NCBI RefSeq assembly: GCF_037042905.1
Contig: NC_087251.1
Location: 24,368,001-24,432,000, forward strand
Direction: 5' to 3'
From: Lytechinus pictus
Taxonomy: Eukaryota
DNA: 64,000 nt
The notes below the pieces were generated by a model. That model did not search any database. It was given only the letters and a program-made list of their open reading frames with translations, and had not been told where the DNA came from. The translations under genes and the position numbers were made by a program. Positions 40,801 to 55,200 of this stretch are shown in pieces (positions within the stretch are counted from its first letter, which is position 1; each line of letters begins with the position of its first letter).

Positions 40801-42629
40801 TTTAACTAAGTTATGTCCCCAGGAAATCAATGTCTCTTCTTCTTTTTCTCAAATGGCTCCTTTCCCTGTCTTATTTCATTCAGTAAAAGGAACAGATGGA
40901 TGGAGTCCTTCACACAAGATATGTGTTTCATGAGAATCCCTATCTACCAGGAAGGCCTTCTGATATTTGACGACTGCAGGCATTGTGCTAATGATAGATG
41001 AGACATCTTAGAATTGCATTAGAGAGGATACAGCCTTCCTGTTTTGTTTTCCTCAATGAAAAACCTTTCCCCATTTTCTTTTAAAATCATAAATTTGACT
41101 CTGGATAATAAGGTCTAAAATTGCACTTGCATCTTTCAAGAAATCAAATTGCACACCAAGGTTTTATGACATTGAATATTTTTCTTCACTTTATCCTGCT
41201 GTATTTTAAATCCTGAATGATCATTTTCATGACAAAATAAATCTCATAATGGGAAAACAAGAATTTGCACTTTCATAACACTGAGATTTCAATTATAATT
41301 TCCAGATTTTTGTTTGCAATGATCAAGTACAGACAGACACAAATGCAGAGGTAGTTTTTATTGACTTCAAAATCATGCTACGACCCTAGTTTCATTAAAC
41401 AACATGATGTTATACGGTGCATCCTTAGTCAGTGTTCAGACACAGAAAGCCATTGTAGAGCTAGTGGAGCTATCATGTTTTAGTATGAATTATTAGTTTA
41501 ACGGGAGGCAAACTTTAATGTGAACACCAACATTATATCTCATTACAATTAAAAACTTCACCAAACTCTTCCTCCTCTCAAGATAAAATCAACATTAAAA
41601 AGAGGGAACATCTTTTCTGAAATGACCTTTAAGTGCTCCAAAAGATCAATGTGAACGAGTCATTTAAGCACCTATACTGTAACCCTACAAAAGAGAGAGT
41701 CCTTTTCCCACTTACAGAAATAAGACATGAATTTGTATACTGAGTTCACATCTAAGGTAGAAAGCATAGCATGGTATACATGGTTACCTTCACTGTGATC
41801 TGAGTTTGGTGAACTCTGCTAGCCAATCTACTGAACAGAAATTACACAACATTTTAAGAATGAAACAAAAAAAGAGCCCCTGCTGGTTGTCCCCACCCTG
41901 TACAAAAGAGCTATACAGTGTAAAAGGAAACTTCAAAGTTCTTTTAGTAAGAAAGAAGAAGTATGGACAGGAAAATAAGGAGATGATTAAAACATTCATA
42001 AAATGATGGCTAAAACATTTGTTGTGGTATTGGTAAATAGACATTGAAGAAGGGGGTAAAACTTTGATAGGAATGTACAGAGCTTACAAAACAAATTGAC
42101 TACAAAAGAAAAAAGTGCTTGAAATGGATGTTGTTGAAATTTATAAAAAATAAGGAATATGATAAAAATCAAATATAGTATGTCCTAGCCCTGAAACCTG
42201 ACACCGGATAAACCATTCATACAAATACAATAAAAACTAACAGTTAAACAATCAGTATCAATCAGTTGCAAACTGTATCAATCAGTTGCAAACTTTATTG
42301 CTATATATTATAGGGCTGAAGTATGATATTTAAAATCAACAAAAAGTATTGAAATGAACTCATACCAAATAGTTCATGACTCCAGTCAAGGAAATATAGT
42401 ACAAACTGACAGCTTGAATTTCACTGGAAATTGAAATGAATGAATTTTCTTCGAATGAATTTGTGCGGGGAGACGGCGATATGATTTTCAATATGATGAA
42501 CTTGAGACTTATGAAGGTTGACACTGCCCTATGGATGATGATCTTACCAAATGGTTTGAAATGGAATAGATCCGAGTCAGGTCTGGGGCATGAACCTGGT
42601 CTCATGTTATGGTCTAATGACCTACAGAT

Positions 42630-43052
42630 TAGAGGTGATGAGGAAAAGAGAGGGGTCAGTGAGACATGATGGCAAGATAAAGATGCGGAGATGGGGGAGG
42701 GATGGAGGGGTTGCTGGAGGGTAATGGAGGGGGAGGGGAGGATTAGACATGGAAATCAGTGAGACATGTTGGCAAAATGAAGATGTAGATAGGGATGGAG
42801 GGAATGGCAGAGGGTAAGAGAGGGAGAAGGGAGGACTAGAGAGGTGTCGGTGAGATGTGATGTCAAAATAAAGATGCATAGAGGTAGATGATGAGGGTAG
42901 GATGGAATGGTGAGGGGTAAGAGAAGGGAGGGATAGAGGAGGAAGTGGTAGTCTAAGGGGCAGAAGAGGGCGACACAAGAAAGAGAAAAGGGTGAAATAT
43001 GGAATGACAGAACGAAGAAGAGGTGAGGAGAAACACACACACACACACGCAC
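42630..43052. repeat. Purine-rich low-complexity tract ending in (CA)n
   Basis: gga/gag-rich with repeated cagtgagacatg..ggcaa.at.aagatg units. Confidence 0.8.
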
Positions 43053-44402
43053 ATCAACACTGATGATTACAATATAGGGGAGGCACTGGTACTGAAATAT
43101 ATTTTTTAAAATAAGGGCATTGCAGAGAAAATTTAAAAAATCTCCATGAGCAATTAGAAGATCAAATTTTAGTCAAGAAGGGACGGGTACAAAAATATGT
43201 ATGGACAGTGGTTAATCAGTGAGGAGAAAAAACAAACAAATATCATTTTAAAAAATAGGATGAGGAAGAGAGAAATTCCAGAGAGAGAATAAACTTACAA
43301 ATGTGATGCAGGTTAGGGGTGAGGAGTGAGGGATAGAGATGACAAGATGAGGGGGGGGGGGGTATTGGCAGGGCCGGCATCAGAGGTTCAATGACCAGGA
43401 AGTCAAGACATGATGCTGATTAACATTGCATGACATTGAGATGAAATGGATGCAGGAAGGGTGACATGATGAGACCAGACAGACACACTCAATATACAGT
43501 CATAGATATTCTCTCTCACTCTTTCTCTCTCTCTCTCTCTCGCAATGCATTCTATCTGTTTTAATTGTGTGCACCCCCCTCTCTTCCACTCACAAACACA
43601 CACAAGTCCGACTTCTAAAGTAAAAAAAATCATAATCTAATTGTGACTGTCATATATTAATGAACTAATTTTAATTATAATTCATCTTATTGGATATTTG
43701 GCTGCATTTATATTGGTTCTTCCCAGCTTGAAACAGGTTTCAAAACCCACCATCAAAATATACTTTCAAAAGGCCTTTACATGTAAGTCATGTAAATAAG
43801 GCCCATGTTTTTTTTTAAGCTACTGTGGCTGTATACCATGGCCTACACATTTTCTCCAATACTGAAAACACGTGGAAGTGACTCACATTGGTGCTTATTT
43901 GTTATGCAGAATTATGTTTCTGGCGTGAACATGTTTCGGATCAAGTTTTAAAAAAGTACCCTAAATTGTGTTTTGATAAATTAATACCACAGTTCTCATG
44001 TGATTTTCCTTTGGGGTGTTTGAATCACACCTTAAAAATCCCACCACGAATTATTGTTTAATTCACATTACTCAATCCCTTCTGAATGAATTAAATAGAG
44101 CCAAAATGAATAGAAAAATAAAAGTGAACATTACAGAGATTGAAGTAACCTATCTCTTCCTTTTCTGTGCAGACATGCATGTTAAAATGAATAATAAATG
44201 GATTTCTTTCAATGCTGGAGTCCCAGAATCAGGTTTCCATTAATAATTCACCAATATGGAGTTGTTCCCCCCATTGAGAATGAATTATTTAATAAACAAA
44301 ATGAATATTTAAAATGTAATGGCTTCCACTGTGCAATTTCATACTATTAAATTTTAGATTGAGTCTATCTAGTCTATTCAAATAATTACATTGTTGCTCT
44401 TG

Positions 44403-46093
44403 TTAGGTGGTCTGTCAACGACAGATCACCTATTAGTTTTGTCAGAATTTTCTTTCTTCTTTATTATTATTATTATTATTATTTATTTATTTTTATTTAT
44501 TTCCGCCAATTTTTTGTTCCTAGGATAACTCAAGATCGGTTTTGTCAGTTTCTTTCAATTTTGGCACAGTCAAAGGTCATTGTCATAAGACGTGACAATA
44601 ACATTTTTAAGGTCATCTGGTCATCGTGACGTCATCCAGGCGCCATTTTGTGAAATCACATTATCAATCATATCGTCATTATCAATTATCAAAAATTTAT
44701 CATATTTACATCACATTAACTTCAGGTCAAGGGTCAACTGTCCATGTCATCAAAGGTCATGTAAAGGTCACGACGTGCGCGTACGCGCGCGTCAAAATTT
44801 CAAATTGCTCAAAATCACTTTTTGACCGAAGTAGAGTACGAATCAGGTCATTTTAAGCATTTCAAAAATTTGCGCACGCACACGTATGCGCGCGCGTTTC
44901 CGCGCGTAACGCCTTCAACGCAACGCAGAAACGCCGTCTTTTTTATATCATTGCATTGATAATATAATTCTGAGCAATTTGATACCTTCATCACCCTTCT
45001 ACGACCATTAATAACGAAATTAACACCCGTTAAAGTTTGCAGCACGTGTGCGCGCGAGCTCTTACTATAGGCCATATATGGGCAAAAACATGCCTATTAA
45101 AAATTCACTGTAGCTCTTTAAATAGTGCGTTGACCCCCATTTTTTTTTCATATATCGATAGAGTATGAGTTGTAGATCTGATTTCATGTCACCATTGTCC
45201 CTCAATTTGATCATGACGTCATCATAATGGCGTCGGAAGTTAAAATATCAATTTTCCTTGTTATGACGTCATAATAATTATGCAAATTAGGCTTTAAACT
45301 CCGTGAATATTGGTCAATTTTCGCCCAATTTTCGATATGTCGTAGTTTAGAATGTACTCATTCTCCTCAGTTCACATGAATTTTCATTTTGAAAAACGCA
45401 TCATGGCGTAAAATAGCGATCAAAAGAGGCATGTCATTTTTCCTCATTTTGCGTGTAATCTCTATGGGACATGACTTTTTCTCAAAACTAGATTCTACAT
45501 TCCTCTATTTCGTGAGCTATATCTCCACTTTTTCTTGTCAGTTGTCTCTGAGCTTTTAAAATGTTGTAGCTGAGATTCTAAGCTTTCGGAAGTGTGCCCT
45601 ACATTTTTTGATAAGATGCCGGGATCATGCCCGTTTTTCGCTTGCAAAATTGGATTTGCAATTCTCAAATTTGCTTAAGTGTAATCTCTATGGGGAATGT
45701 CGTGGCTCAATGGATAACGCACTTGACTTGCGTTCTCGGGGGCGCAGGTTCGAGTCCTGGGGTAAACAAGATGATTTTTTTTTCTTTTTTTTTCTTTTTT
45801 ACTACCTCGTACATGATCTTTTATGATAATTAAAAGGTATAAAAGTTAAAATTTAGCAAGATAAAACAGATTATAATTACTTTTTTCATATCACATGTAT
45901 TGTCATATATCAAAGAGACCCTTTTCACAGTGCTTTATCATCTCCCATCTTTCACAAGTATTCCATCCATAATGAACATTCCGTTGTCATCATGAAGATC
46001 ATATTGATCTGTTTGAACATGGTAATGTTGATCATGATGGCGAGAATAAGGACAGACCACCTAATTCGTCCGCATGACGAATTAAAATCTAGT
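44403..46093 (+). mobile_element. Helentron/DINE-1-like non-autonomous rolling-circle element (HINE)
   Basis: 5' ttaggtggtctgtc with adjacent inverted copy gacagatcaccta, then a (TTA)n microsatellite. 3' subterminal IR gacagaccacctaa (46051-46064), hairpin aattcgtc-cgcat-gacgaatt, end ...ctagt in T-rich context. Confidence 0.8.
45694..45800 (+). pseudogene. tRNA-like (Arg-type D arm) Pol III cassette inside the Helentron-like element
   Basis: A box tggctcaatgg (45703), ggataacgc D-arm, B box ggttcgagtcc (45747) in a cagg/cctg T-stem, downstream T-run. Acceptor and anticodon stems do not pair, so it is not a functional tRNA. Confidence 0.7.
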
Positions 46094-46975
46094 TTATTTA
46101 TCTTCCCAGGCCAGGGGACATCATGAATAACATATTTTCATTAAAAAATACTTAAATGTGCTAACTATCTCATTTGGACTATGCAAGGGGAGAGGATGGG
46201 GAATGAACAAAAAATCTGATTATGTTATTGCAATGATACAAAACTACTATTTCTAGTATCATGTATTAAATTTTCAAAAGATTTTTATCTGAATATATTT
46301 CAGATTTTTTACTGTATTAAAAAAAATCTTTTTCAGTTTATAATTCAATTTAATAAAAATAGCAGAGAAAATTTCTGCATAACCATACAAACACACTAGT
46401 TACTATCTAGGATAGGAACATGTACCAAGAAATATTAATTGAAATGAATCTATTCAGAGAAAACAAATATCAGCTCAAGACTATGGCCTCTATGTACATG
46501 TAGATTGCCCTTAGCATGCTAATTACAACTACGCAACCAACATCAACATACGCACACACCGGCTCTGAAATAGAAGTTAATACTAGTAAATACAGATTCA
46601 AATATGACAGTTATTCCAGTTTTGTATTTGATATGTACAGGTACCACACAGAGACACGCTCTGTCACACACTAATACGTAGCAGAGTGCACGTGGGAAAG
46701 ACTGTCATGCGTGGTTCCCATATCATGAATCTATAACATCTACAACACACAGGAACCGACACCAGTCCCATTAAACAAGTCACCATCTTTTTTTTCATTA
46801 GAGAAAATGACATCACAAAATAGGAGGCGATTTGCTTTCTTTGAATGGATTCTATTTTTTCCCTTTCTCTCTTATACAATTCCCATTCAGTTCAAGCTGT
46901 ATTTCTTCAGAGGAACATTAGCTGTGCACATGTTTGTAAACATCGGCCCTTTCCTGATTCTCTTTATCTGTATTT

Positions 46976-46989
46976 GTTGTCATGGCAAC
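46976..46989. promoter_or_regulatory. RFX X-box motif (candidate enhancer site)
   Basis: gttgtcatggcaac is one mismatch from the palindromic consensus GTTGCCATGGCAAC and lies in non-repeat DNA. Confidence 0.35.
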
Positions 46990-48813
46990 ATAATTTGATG
47001 GCTCACGAATGATTGATTGACTAATTCAATGCAGCGATACGAGTGTGTATGACAGGACAGCATGCAACCTGCTATGTATAGTAATTCTCTTCTCTTCATG
47101 CATGAAACACACACTGTGGGATATCTCGATACAAAAAAAAAATGAAAGGGCCCTCACCCCTAAATGTCCTCCATGTCTTATTATGATCAAGTATCATTAA
47201 GCAGACACAAAGCAAACATCCAATTTAACCTACCACAATCACATCATGGCCTTCCTGAAGTTCCTTGTCAAAAGATCGCTAACAAGGTGTTTGACATGCT
47301 GACATGAGAAACACAGGAAGCCAGAAGAAAGATGGTATAAAGACATAAAAATTAGGAGGCCCTTTCAAGCCATAGATCATTCTCTAACCATTTGAATAGC
47401 TAGGGTCAAACCATGTCAAACATCAAACAAAACCGGCTACATTCGTTCGTGTTATACACCCAGGAATGAGGAAGAGGAAAAGTGTTGGCAAATTAAATGG
47501 ATTAAAGATTAAAGGAGAGAAAATAGCTTTACATAGTATCGGAATAATTACATATCAAAGGAGTTACTGAGCTAAGAATGAGAACACACATAGAGGTATA
47601 CAGGGAATGAGGAAATGTGAAATGCTACTGGGAATCATGCCATTGATCTTACAGACCTATGGTGAAGCTGTTTCACATGGTCTGAAGAACTGTATTCCAC
47701 ATCATTTACCTCAATTCGGCATGGACGTTCAAATATTGGCCATGGGAAAGGTCCCTTCTACTCTTGACTGATAACAATTAACCGCATCTGTTTGCGATAA
47801 GAGCCATCTTCAGCATAGCCAGGAGCAGCAGTAGTAGCAAAGGCAAACTTTGTCTGACCCCTTCTTCACTTTCTTGTCAACATCGTGGCATTGGCCAAAG
47901 TATGGATCACATGTTATAAATAGCGCATCTCGTTGATTCAGGTCAATACCTGGGCCTTGTGTGGCGGCCATTTTGCCTCCACTTCTAGGACTGTTCCACA
48001 TGTATTTAGACTTGGCAAGATAATTAAGTCAAGCGTAGATAAAGTTCTTTTCCTAGAACCTGGATTTCTCTTTACTGAACAAACAAGCTGATCTGTCTGT
48101 TGGTTATGAAATCAATAGAAATGTATTTCAGATGTGACAGCTTTAAAAAAATCTACTTCTGTTATTTACAGAATACTTCTTATTCACAGTTGCCATACAG
48201 GCAACTCAGTCACTTTGTAAGAGTTAACGCTTTTGCAATATATAAGGTTTTGTAATTTTTGTTCTTAAGATTTTTTTTCCAACTTAGAACAGACTTTACC
48301 CATTCCACATCACATCAAAGACAATACTTTTATATGACAAGGTATAAACTTTGATTCAAGTTCCTGATATTTCTGTGACAATAAGTTTTGAATAATAATG
48401 TACATATAAACTTGTCATATCATTAATTTTATCAAAATAAAATCAAAACAGGAGAGTGAATTAATTTGTGAGGAACTTTAAAAAGTGTAAAAAATTATTA
48501 CTTTTTTTTCTGCTGGCTTCGCTTACCATTGCCTTTTTAACTGAACTCACGTCACGGAAACAGCGCACCAATTATGCATGTAGTTGTATGTACCATATTG
48601 CCTAACTTCATTATCTGTGATTTAAGTACACAAGATGATGTGCACAACATGGTCTCGCCAAGGAAACCATGGTGTACAAATTTCTCAATTTGAAAATAAA
48701 TCTATGAAATTATAGCTGGGGTACAACCCCAAAGTTAAGTTGACAAAAAGCTTAACTTCTAAATCTTTTGATTGAATGGAGATGTTAAATCTAATTGGAA
48801 TTTGTCCCTCAAT

Positions 48814-49265
48814 AGGTGTGTTCAAAGTTGATTTTCAAATTTAAACAGCAACATGAATCATGATTAAAAACTCAAATACAGAACACGAACAGCGGTGCAC
48901 TGTTCAGTGTCGAAAATATTAAGTTGATTTCTGGTTAGCGCAGCTTTAGTGCGCAATTTGACCCAGCAAAAGAAAGGTCAATTCTGGCACCTGCTTGTGT
49001 AGGCTTCACTGCAAGAGCTAATTTAAAGACGTTTTGAAACTCAATCATGTTCATGATCAGCTGAGCTGATCACGTTTACAAAAGCATCTTTTTCGACGTA
49101 TAAATTTTCTCCGAACCATGATTTGAAAGATGTTTACTTTTACAACCGGGAATGGAGGACATTGAATACACCCTTTGTTTCTCATTATATCCGTGTTTTG
49201 TAATCCCGTTTTGAATCATGATTCATGTTGCCATTTAAATTTGGAAACCGACATTAAACAAACCC
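48814..49265. mobile_element. MITE with ~50-bp imperfect TIRs
   Basis: aggtgtgttcaaagttgattttcaaatttaaacagcaacatgaatcatgatt ... aatcatgattcatgttgccatttaaatttggaaaccgacattaaacaaaccc; AAT on both flanks. Confidence 0.8.
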
Positions 49266-50065
49266 AATGCAATCAAAAGAATTCAAGAATGGGTAAACAT
49301 ACATGGTAATATGGGAAACCAAAGACACTGTTATTTCAAGTATCAGTATGACTAACTCTATAGGGTGGTGCAGGTTGGATTTGCCTAACTATGGGACAAT
49401 AAACTCTCACCTGCCTACCTACCTGTACACTCACCAATACAAAATACCATGCACTGTCATCGAAAAGTGAGTGGTAATAATGATGAGGTAAGTAAAATAC
49501 ATGCATAGGCAATTGAAGATGAAGGGATGCAATAAAAATTGACACTGATTCTAAGGTTGTGCACAGTTTGAAGAAGGCATACAATTGCAATCAATTGTAC
49601 ATTTTATATTTTATGTCGCAGGGCCCAGATATCAGTCTGATCTATAGATACAAATTTTCATCACATACACCAAATGTTCAATTACCTTATTTAATAAATG
49701 AGCATCTTTTGATTTTTTCTAATTTATCATAGGCAATTTTATGAGTAGTTTTGAATATTTGTCAATACATTTTGAAATATCAAATCGTTATCATTTGCAA
49801 AGGTGTCTAGCTGTAAGTATTATAAGGTTTATCAAGCCCCTTGCTTCAATAAAAAAAACATTACACTAAATATTAATGAGTACACTTGATCTAGGTTCTT
49901 TAAGAAAGAGAGAGAATATATATACATATTAATGTTCTAATTAATAATACCAGGTAATAGAAATATTTACCATATTCAAGATTTTATCACATCTGACTTG
50001 AGCCAACTGGTATCAACAGGGAACAAAAACACAGCTCCAACTGATAGCTAAATATAAGACCTAAA

Positions 50066-52288
50066 CAACCAAAAAATTACTTTTTTTCTTTCCAGGGCTC
50101 TTTTTGGAGAAACTTAAAAATTTTCCAGGGCTACTTTTTCATTTTCCAGGGCTCTTTTTCCACTTTCCAGGGCTACAATTTCTGGAGCTATTTCGCGGCT
50201 TTTTTGCGTTTGTGTGTGTGTGTATGTGTGTGTGTGTATATATATACACGGTAGCTAGCATATACCGGGGAAGTATAACACTTCCCTGGTTTGACCTTCG
50301 CATTGTTTCTTCGAAGTGATTGTTTATGATTTTAGTGTTGTGATGATAGATTGATTTTGATGCTTGAACGATATCTGAGTTGATTCATGGACCTAATACA
50401 GACCTATTCAGATTAAATCATGGAGGTAGAACCTCCATGAATTAATCCAAGTTTGAATGTTTGATACTTGGTTGACGTGAGCTTTGCGTGTTTACTAGTT
50501 AGTGTTATAGCCCATTTGCCAAATTAATCTAGAAAGATCTGTATTCGTGTCTAAAGACAATGTAAAAGAAAAAGAAAGTTCTGAATTTGTACAATTCTGA
50601 GGTAATTTATTTTATCATACAATATAGGTACCTGCAAATGTTATGAAGTTGAACAAATATCCTTCGTACATATTTGACTGAAAGTTATTTAAATGACACT
50701 TAAAAAAAAAAGACTTACAATTATTCATACAAAATAATGATATAAGTCATAAAGGTCATTGAATTGTTAAGCGTTCGTATCAGTTACACAGATTCATGAC
50801 AAAAAGGCCTACCAGAACCAAAAACTGGCAATTTCCATCATCCATCATGAATCATGAATGCCTAGCCTTGCACGGCCTCTAATTGAAATGAACTTATCCA
50901 CGTCTTTGCAAATTTTACCTGACCTAATTTTTCCACACAGTGAGAGAGGCCATGTGGCAGCCAAACCAAAACAGAATGAAAAGGGCGGCAATCTCGTACC
51001 CCCCCCCCCCACCACCACCACAAGAATATCAGATTTCCAAACATGTGCTTCTCAAGATTGTGCAATACATGACGGAGACAAAGAAAGTTATGTAAACAAA
51101 TTGCCGAGGGTTGATGTCCCTGAATTAAGGGGCTAGTCTACGTTTTCAGTCACTTAAGAAAATGGCGAACTGGCCAAAGGTGAAATACATCATGGAAAAA
51201 AAATGAATGTTTGGATTAAAATAACGAAGATTAAATGAAATATGACTGAAAAATATCCATAGTTGAATCTCTACTTTTATTACTGACAAAACAATAACAT
51301 CATTTTTTTTATTAACTTCTTGCCAATATTCCAATAAGGCAAGACTCCAATTTAAGACTAGCAAGCAAACGTTATCAATGGGATTTTGGAATGAAAGAAA
51401 AAAAAATCAAAGCGTGATTTTTTTTTAAGGGATAGACGAGACTCTTGTTTTGAACAGAGATATAAAAATATTTAAAAACAAACAAGAGGTGATAAACACT
51501 TCATTAAAATTATAATGAAGTTCGTAGTGAATTACAACTTGTAAAAGGAGAAATTAACAAGAATAATAGGGAAATAAAGTTTGGAAGAAAAGAAGGAATG
51601 AGGAGATACAAGCTTTGGGGGGGAAGGATCAAGATGGGTGGCTGCAGCTCGACATGGGGCTAGAGAGTGTACATAAATGGGAGGGGGGAGCAATCATCTA
51701 TCAAGTCGCCCAAAATCTTACACCTTCACCAAACTTCTCACACAATCCACACACAAATCCCAGTTCATGATACAATCACAAGTGTCGCTCAACACATGCG
51801 CACGTGGTCTCTACTGGCATTTTACAGTCACACACACACAGAAATACACACTACACACAATGCACACGATGCATCCCCATACCACATGCAGTCACACTGA
51901 GCCTAAAGCACACAAGCAGAGAAACGTTCTGCTCGAAGTACCGTATATGACTCCTCGGCTCCAAATTCTACATTTATTTTATCTCAGTGCTTGGAGTCGG
52001 CGCTGGCGCCGATTTTCGTCCATGAATGAGAGAGCATGGCAAAGACTCGAGTCTCAGAACCGCCGCCGCTTGGTACTCGAGTCTCCAGAGATCAGGGTCG
52101 ACTCCCCGACTCTGGCATTGAGAATCGGGTAGACTCGATTACCCGGCGCTGGCTCCCAAGCCTAGTTGACGGGGGCGATTATGAGTTTTGCAGTCGCCCT
52201 CGTGTGAATGTTTTTAGCCCTTTTCCGGGGCTCTTTTTGGACTTTCCGGGGCGAATTCGCCCGCCGCCCCCGTGTAATTTTTTGGTTG
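50066..52288. mobile_element. 2.2-kb non-autonomous DNA transposon with 8-bp TSD (hAT- or P-element-like)
   Basis: Perfect 15-bp TIR caaccaaaaaattac / gtaattttttggttg and perfect TSD gacctaaa (50058-50065, 52289-52296). Subterminal ttttcc(a/g)gggct repeats; no transposase ORF. Confidence 0.92.
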
Positions 52289-55200
52289 GACCTAAACCAG
52301 CTTACTGCATACATTCTGAGACCGATTTAATTCATGAGGGAGATATAAAGGGGGGAATACCATTAACTTTGATTTGATCATGTATTGGTATGCAGATAGT
52401 GAGATTAGATCCATTGATACCTTTCAGCTGACCAGCCAGACACACAACAAGCACACACCTTATGTAATCAAAGATTTCCATTCTATTCTTCTGACCCAAA
52501 GGGCAGTGAATCCCTGTTCTTGTTTACTGTCCCCCCAATGAAAGGTGTTGTCTATATTCAGGTAAAATAGGAGCTCAGCTAAGCTTGGTGGGAATCCACC
52601 CTATCCTGGGTTCTCATACTTGAGACAAACAATAGAGCCACGCATCTTGTCATTGTTGGCAGATTTGGTAGGCAGCCATTGTTTGAGATACTCCTGACTG
52701 GCATGGCACAAGAGGCTCTGGCCCCCTTCAAATAACCCCCAAGTATAGTAGCCCCCCTGACTTGGGTCATTAAATAGAAGAGGGGCACTAGACCATGGGG
52801 CCTAACATACCTCTTAAGTCCAAGAAAGTGCCTCTCTTTTTTATGCTCTAAGCGATTAGAATGACTATCTTCCCGACACAAGGATGTACAGGTACTCAAG
52901 TGCTGTCCGTCATGGATAGGTAAAGACAATTCATTGTGCTAAGTGGATGACTGCCTGATGGATGATCTAGCCATCAATTCTGCCTAGCTATATGACTCTT
53001 CTCATGTTTACCTGCTCTGTGGATTTTGCTTCCTGCAGACTGCCAAGACCCTTCTCCTATATTCATGACGGATGCTACCTTTTCTCTTAGATATTATACT
53101 AAATTGTATTCCACAGGAGACGTATGTACGAAATAATGAATAATGCACTCTTATGGTGACCTGGGTGACAAAGAATCTTGATCGAAGATCACTTGGCATC
53201 ACAGTATGCACGATTCTAAACTCTCCAGATATGAATGGGATGGGGGATGAACAAGATGGGTGTCTCATCATCCAGATGTCAGAGAATATTAAAGAAGAGA
53301 ATAAAAAGAGAGAGGAGAGGTTGGTGAATCTTGGTGTGGCTTACAAATCCCCATTGAAACTGTATCCAAGGTGATTTTCTATTACAGTCAAGGCACCCAC
53401 CTAGCGGGATACTGCCTCGAATCATTAGACGTCTTTCAAAATGGAATCTCCATAAAGGAAGCATTATAAGATGGGTCAAAAGACATGAAGACTGGAGATT
53501 TCCATAATGTATAAAATAGATAGAGAATGATTACAGAATAAAAAATTCAATGATAACAATACAAAAATCTGACAAGCTGAGGTGTGTGCATGCTGAGTTG
53601 AGCCCTCATCTGGAGTGCCACCATTTATTGGTGTTGATTTCAAAGCCGCTGCTTATAGACCTCAAGGGAAGAGGGAGTTAATTGTTTCCTCATTCTCTTA
53701 GAGAACCCCTTTGGAATACAGGGACCCAATACCCCCCCCCCCCTCAGCTCATCTGTATCCATTTTAAGTCCAGACCTCTATCTCTCACCATTCATTCCCA
53801 TTCAGCGCTACCCAGTGGCTACTTCTTCAAATCTACACCCTCCAACTCTCATGTGCTCATTCAACCAACCACTTTCCCACGCATCCTCTGATTCAATCCT
53901 CATTTTCACTTCCCTTTTGACTTCTCCTTTTTTTAACATCATATTACTGAAGTCTTGAGAAAATTTGGGGTGCATTACTTCTAAGTTCCTATGATGTAAA
54001 AAAACTTTTGTGTCATGGTTCTTTGATCAATCAAAAGAAGAAAGTAGAAGAGAGTTGTCAAAGACCTTTTAACTTCAGTGAATGTTTAATGTCTGTAATT
54101 ATGAAGCCTGAGAAAGTATCAAGTTAATCATTGGTAACACAGCTTAAGCAGTATTGTATAGTCATACAGAAACACTTAAGCTGATGATGTTGGGGGTATT
54201 AGTATGTTTCATTTACCCGGTAATACAAAATAAGTTGTACTTTGTTTTGCAGACATTGGAGAATGTACAACAAACAGATACGAAAAAAAGAGTTTTGAAA
54301 AGATGGCCAAGGATCAATATATAGGATCATCAATGATAGTTATACATCTACAGGAAAGCTAAATCCAATTAAAACAGGGTGCTAATGTACATATTTATGT
54401 TCGTGAAAATAGAAATGTGACTATTTGTTCATCACGTTTTTTTCATTTTTCTTTATTTTTGAATTCTGTATAATCAAATGCAGAACTTAGCCTTTTGGTC
54501 ATTTGAAATATTAAGCCTAATATGAAAGAGCAATCCTCCATATCACTCATTTCATACATCTTGTTTTACCCATTTCATGCATCTATTGGACAGTGTCACA
54601 TGTAGCACTTTGCTAAAAAAATCTTCAAAGCAGGAAAGTAAAATAAACAGGTGTACAATTGTCATTTAAAAGCTTGTAAGCAACCAAGCACGTTTCAAAA
54701 TGACTTATCTAAATGAATGTAGTTAAACGTATCACTCAATCTCAATCTAGGGAGTATAGAAAAAAAAAGAATGATTTCCTTGTATGATGCATGTAAATTT
54801 TCAATGTAAATATCTGTTTATCAATCAAAGCCAGTGGGAGAGTACATATGCTACGCTAGTACTATACAGGAATCTCAACCAACCCATCATACACCGCCAC
54901 AAGTGCGATTCTGCTGGTGTAAGTAAATCAATACATTCACAGGTATTCAAACTAGACAGATGTTACAGGATTCATTAAAACTGCGTACAATACGAGAAGC
55001 CTACAATGAAGATCTAGGAAGCCTCACGATAGCTATGCTCAACTACCCCACCCTCAACCCAAAATAACTCATAATGGTGTTTCGGTGTACGGGCGGATTA
55101 TTGTCACAAGCATTTTGGAGTTTGTCCAGTTCGATAGCGACTTGGGGGGTTTCAGTTTTTATTTGCGGGCTTCCAGCGCTGAATGAGTCATTGTCAAGAT

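Noticed and set aside
42255..42294. Exact 20-bp tandem duplication (gtatcaatcagttgcaaact x2)
   Set aside because: Ordinary local slippage duplication.
45694..45770. Functional tRNA gene
   Set aside because: Acceptor and anticodon stems do not pair; kept only as a tRNA-like cassette.
51667..52377. ORFs of 77-151 aa as a possible transposase
   Set aside because: No DDE, BED or THAP motifs; they derive from CA-rich and CpG-rich sequence and one runs past the element end.
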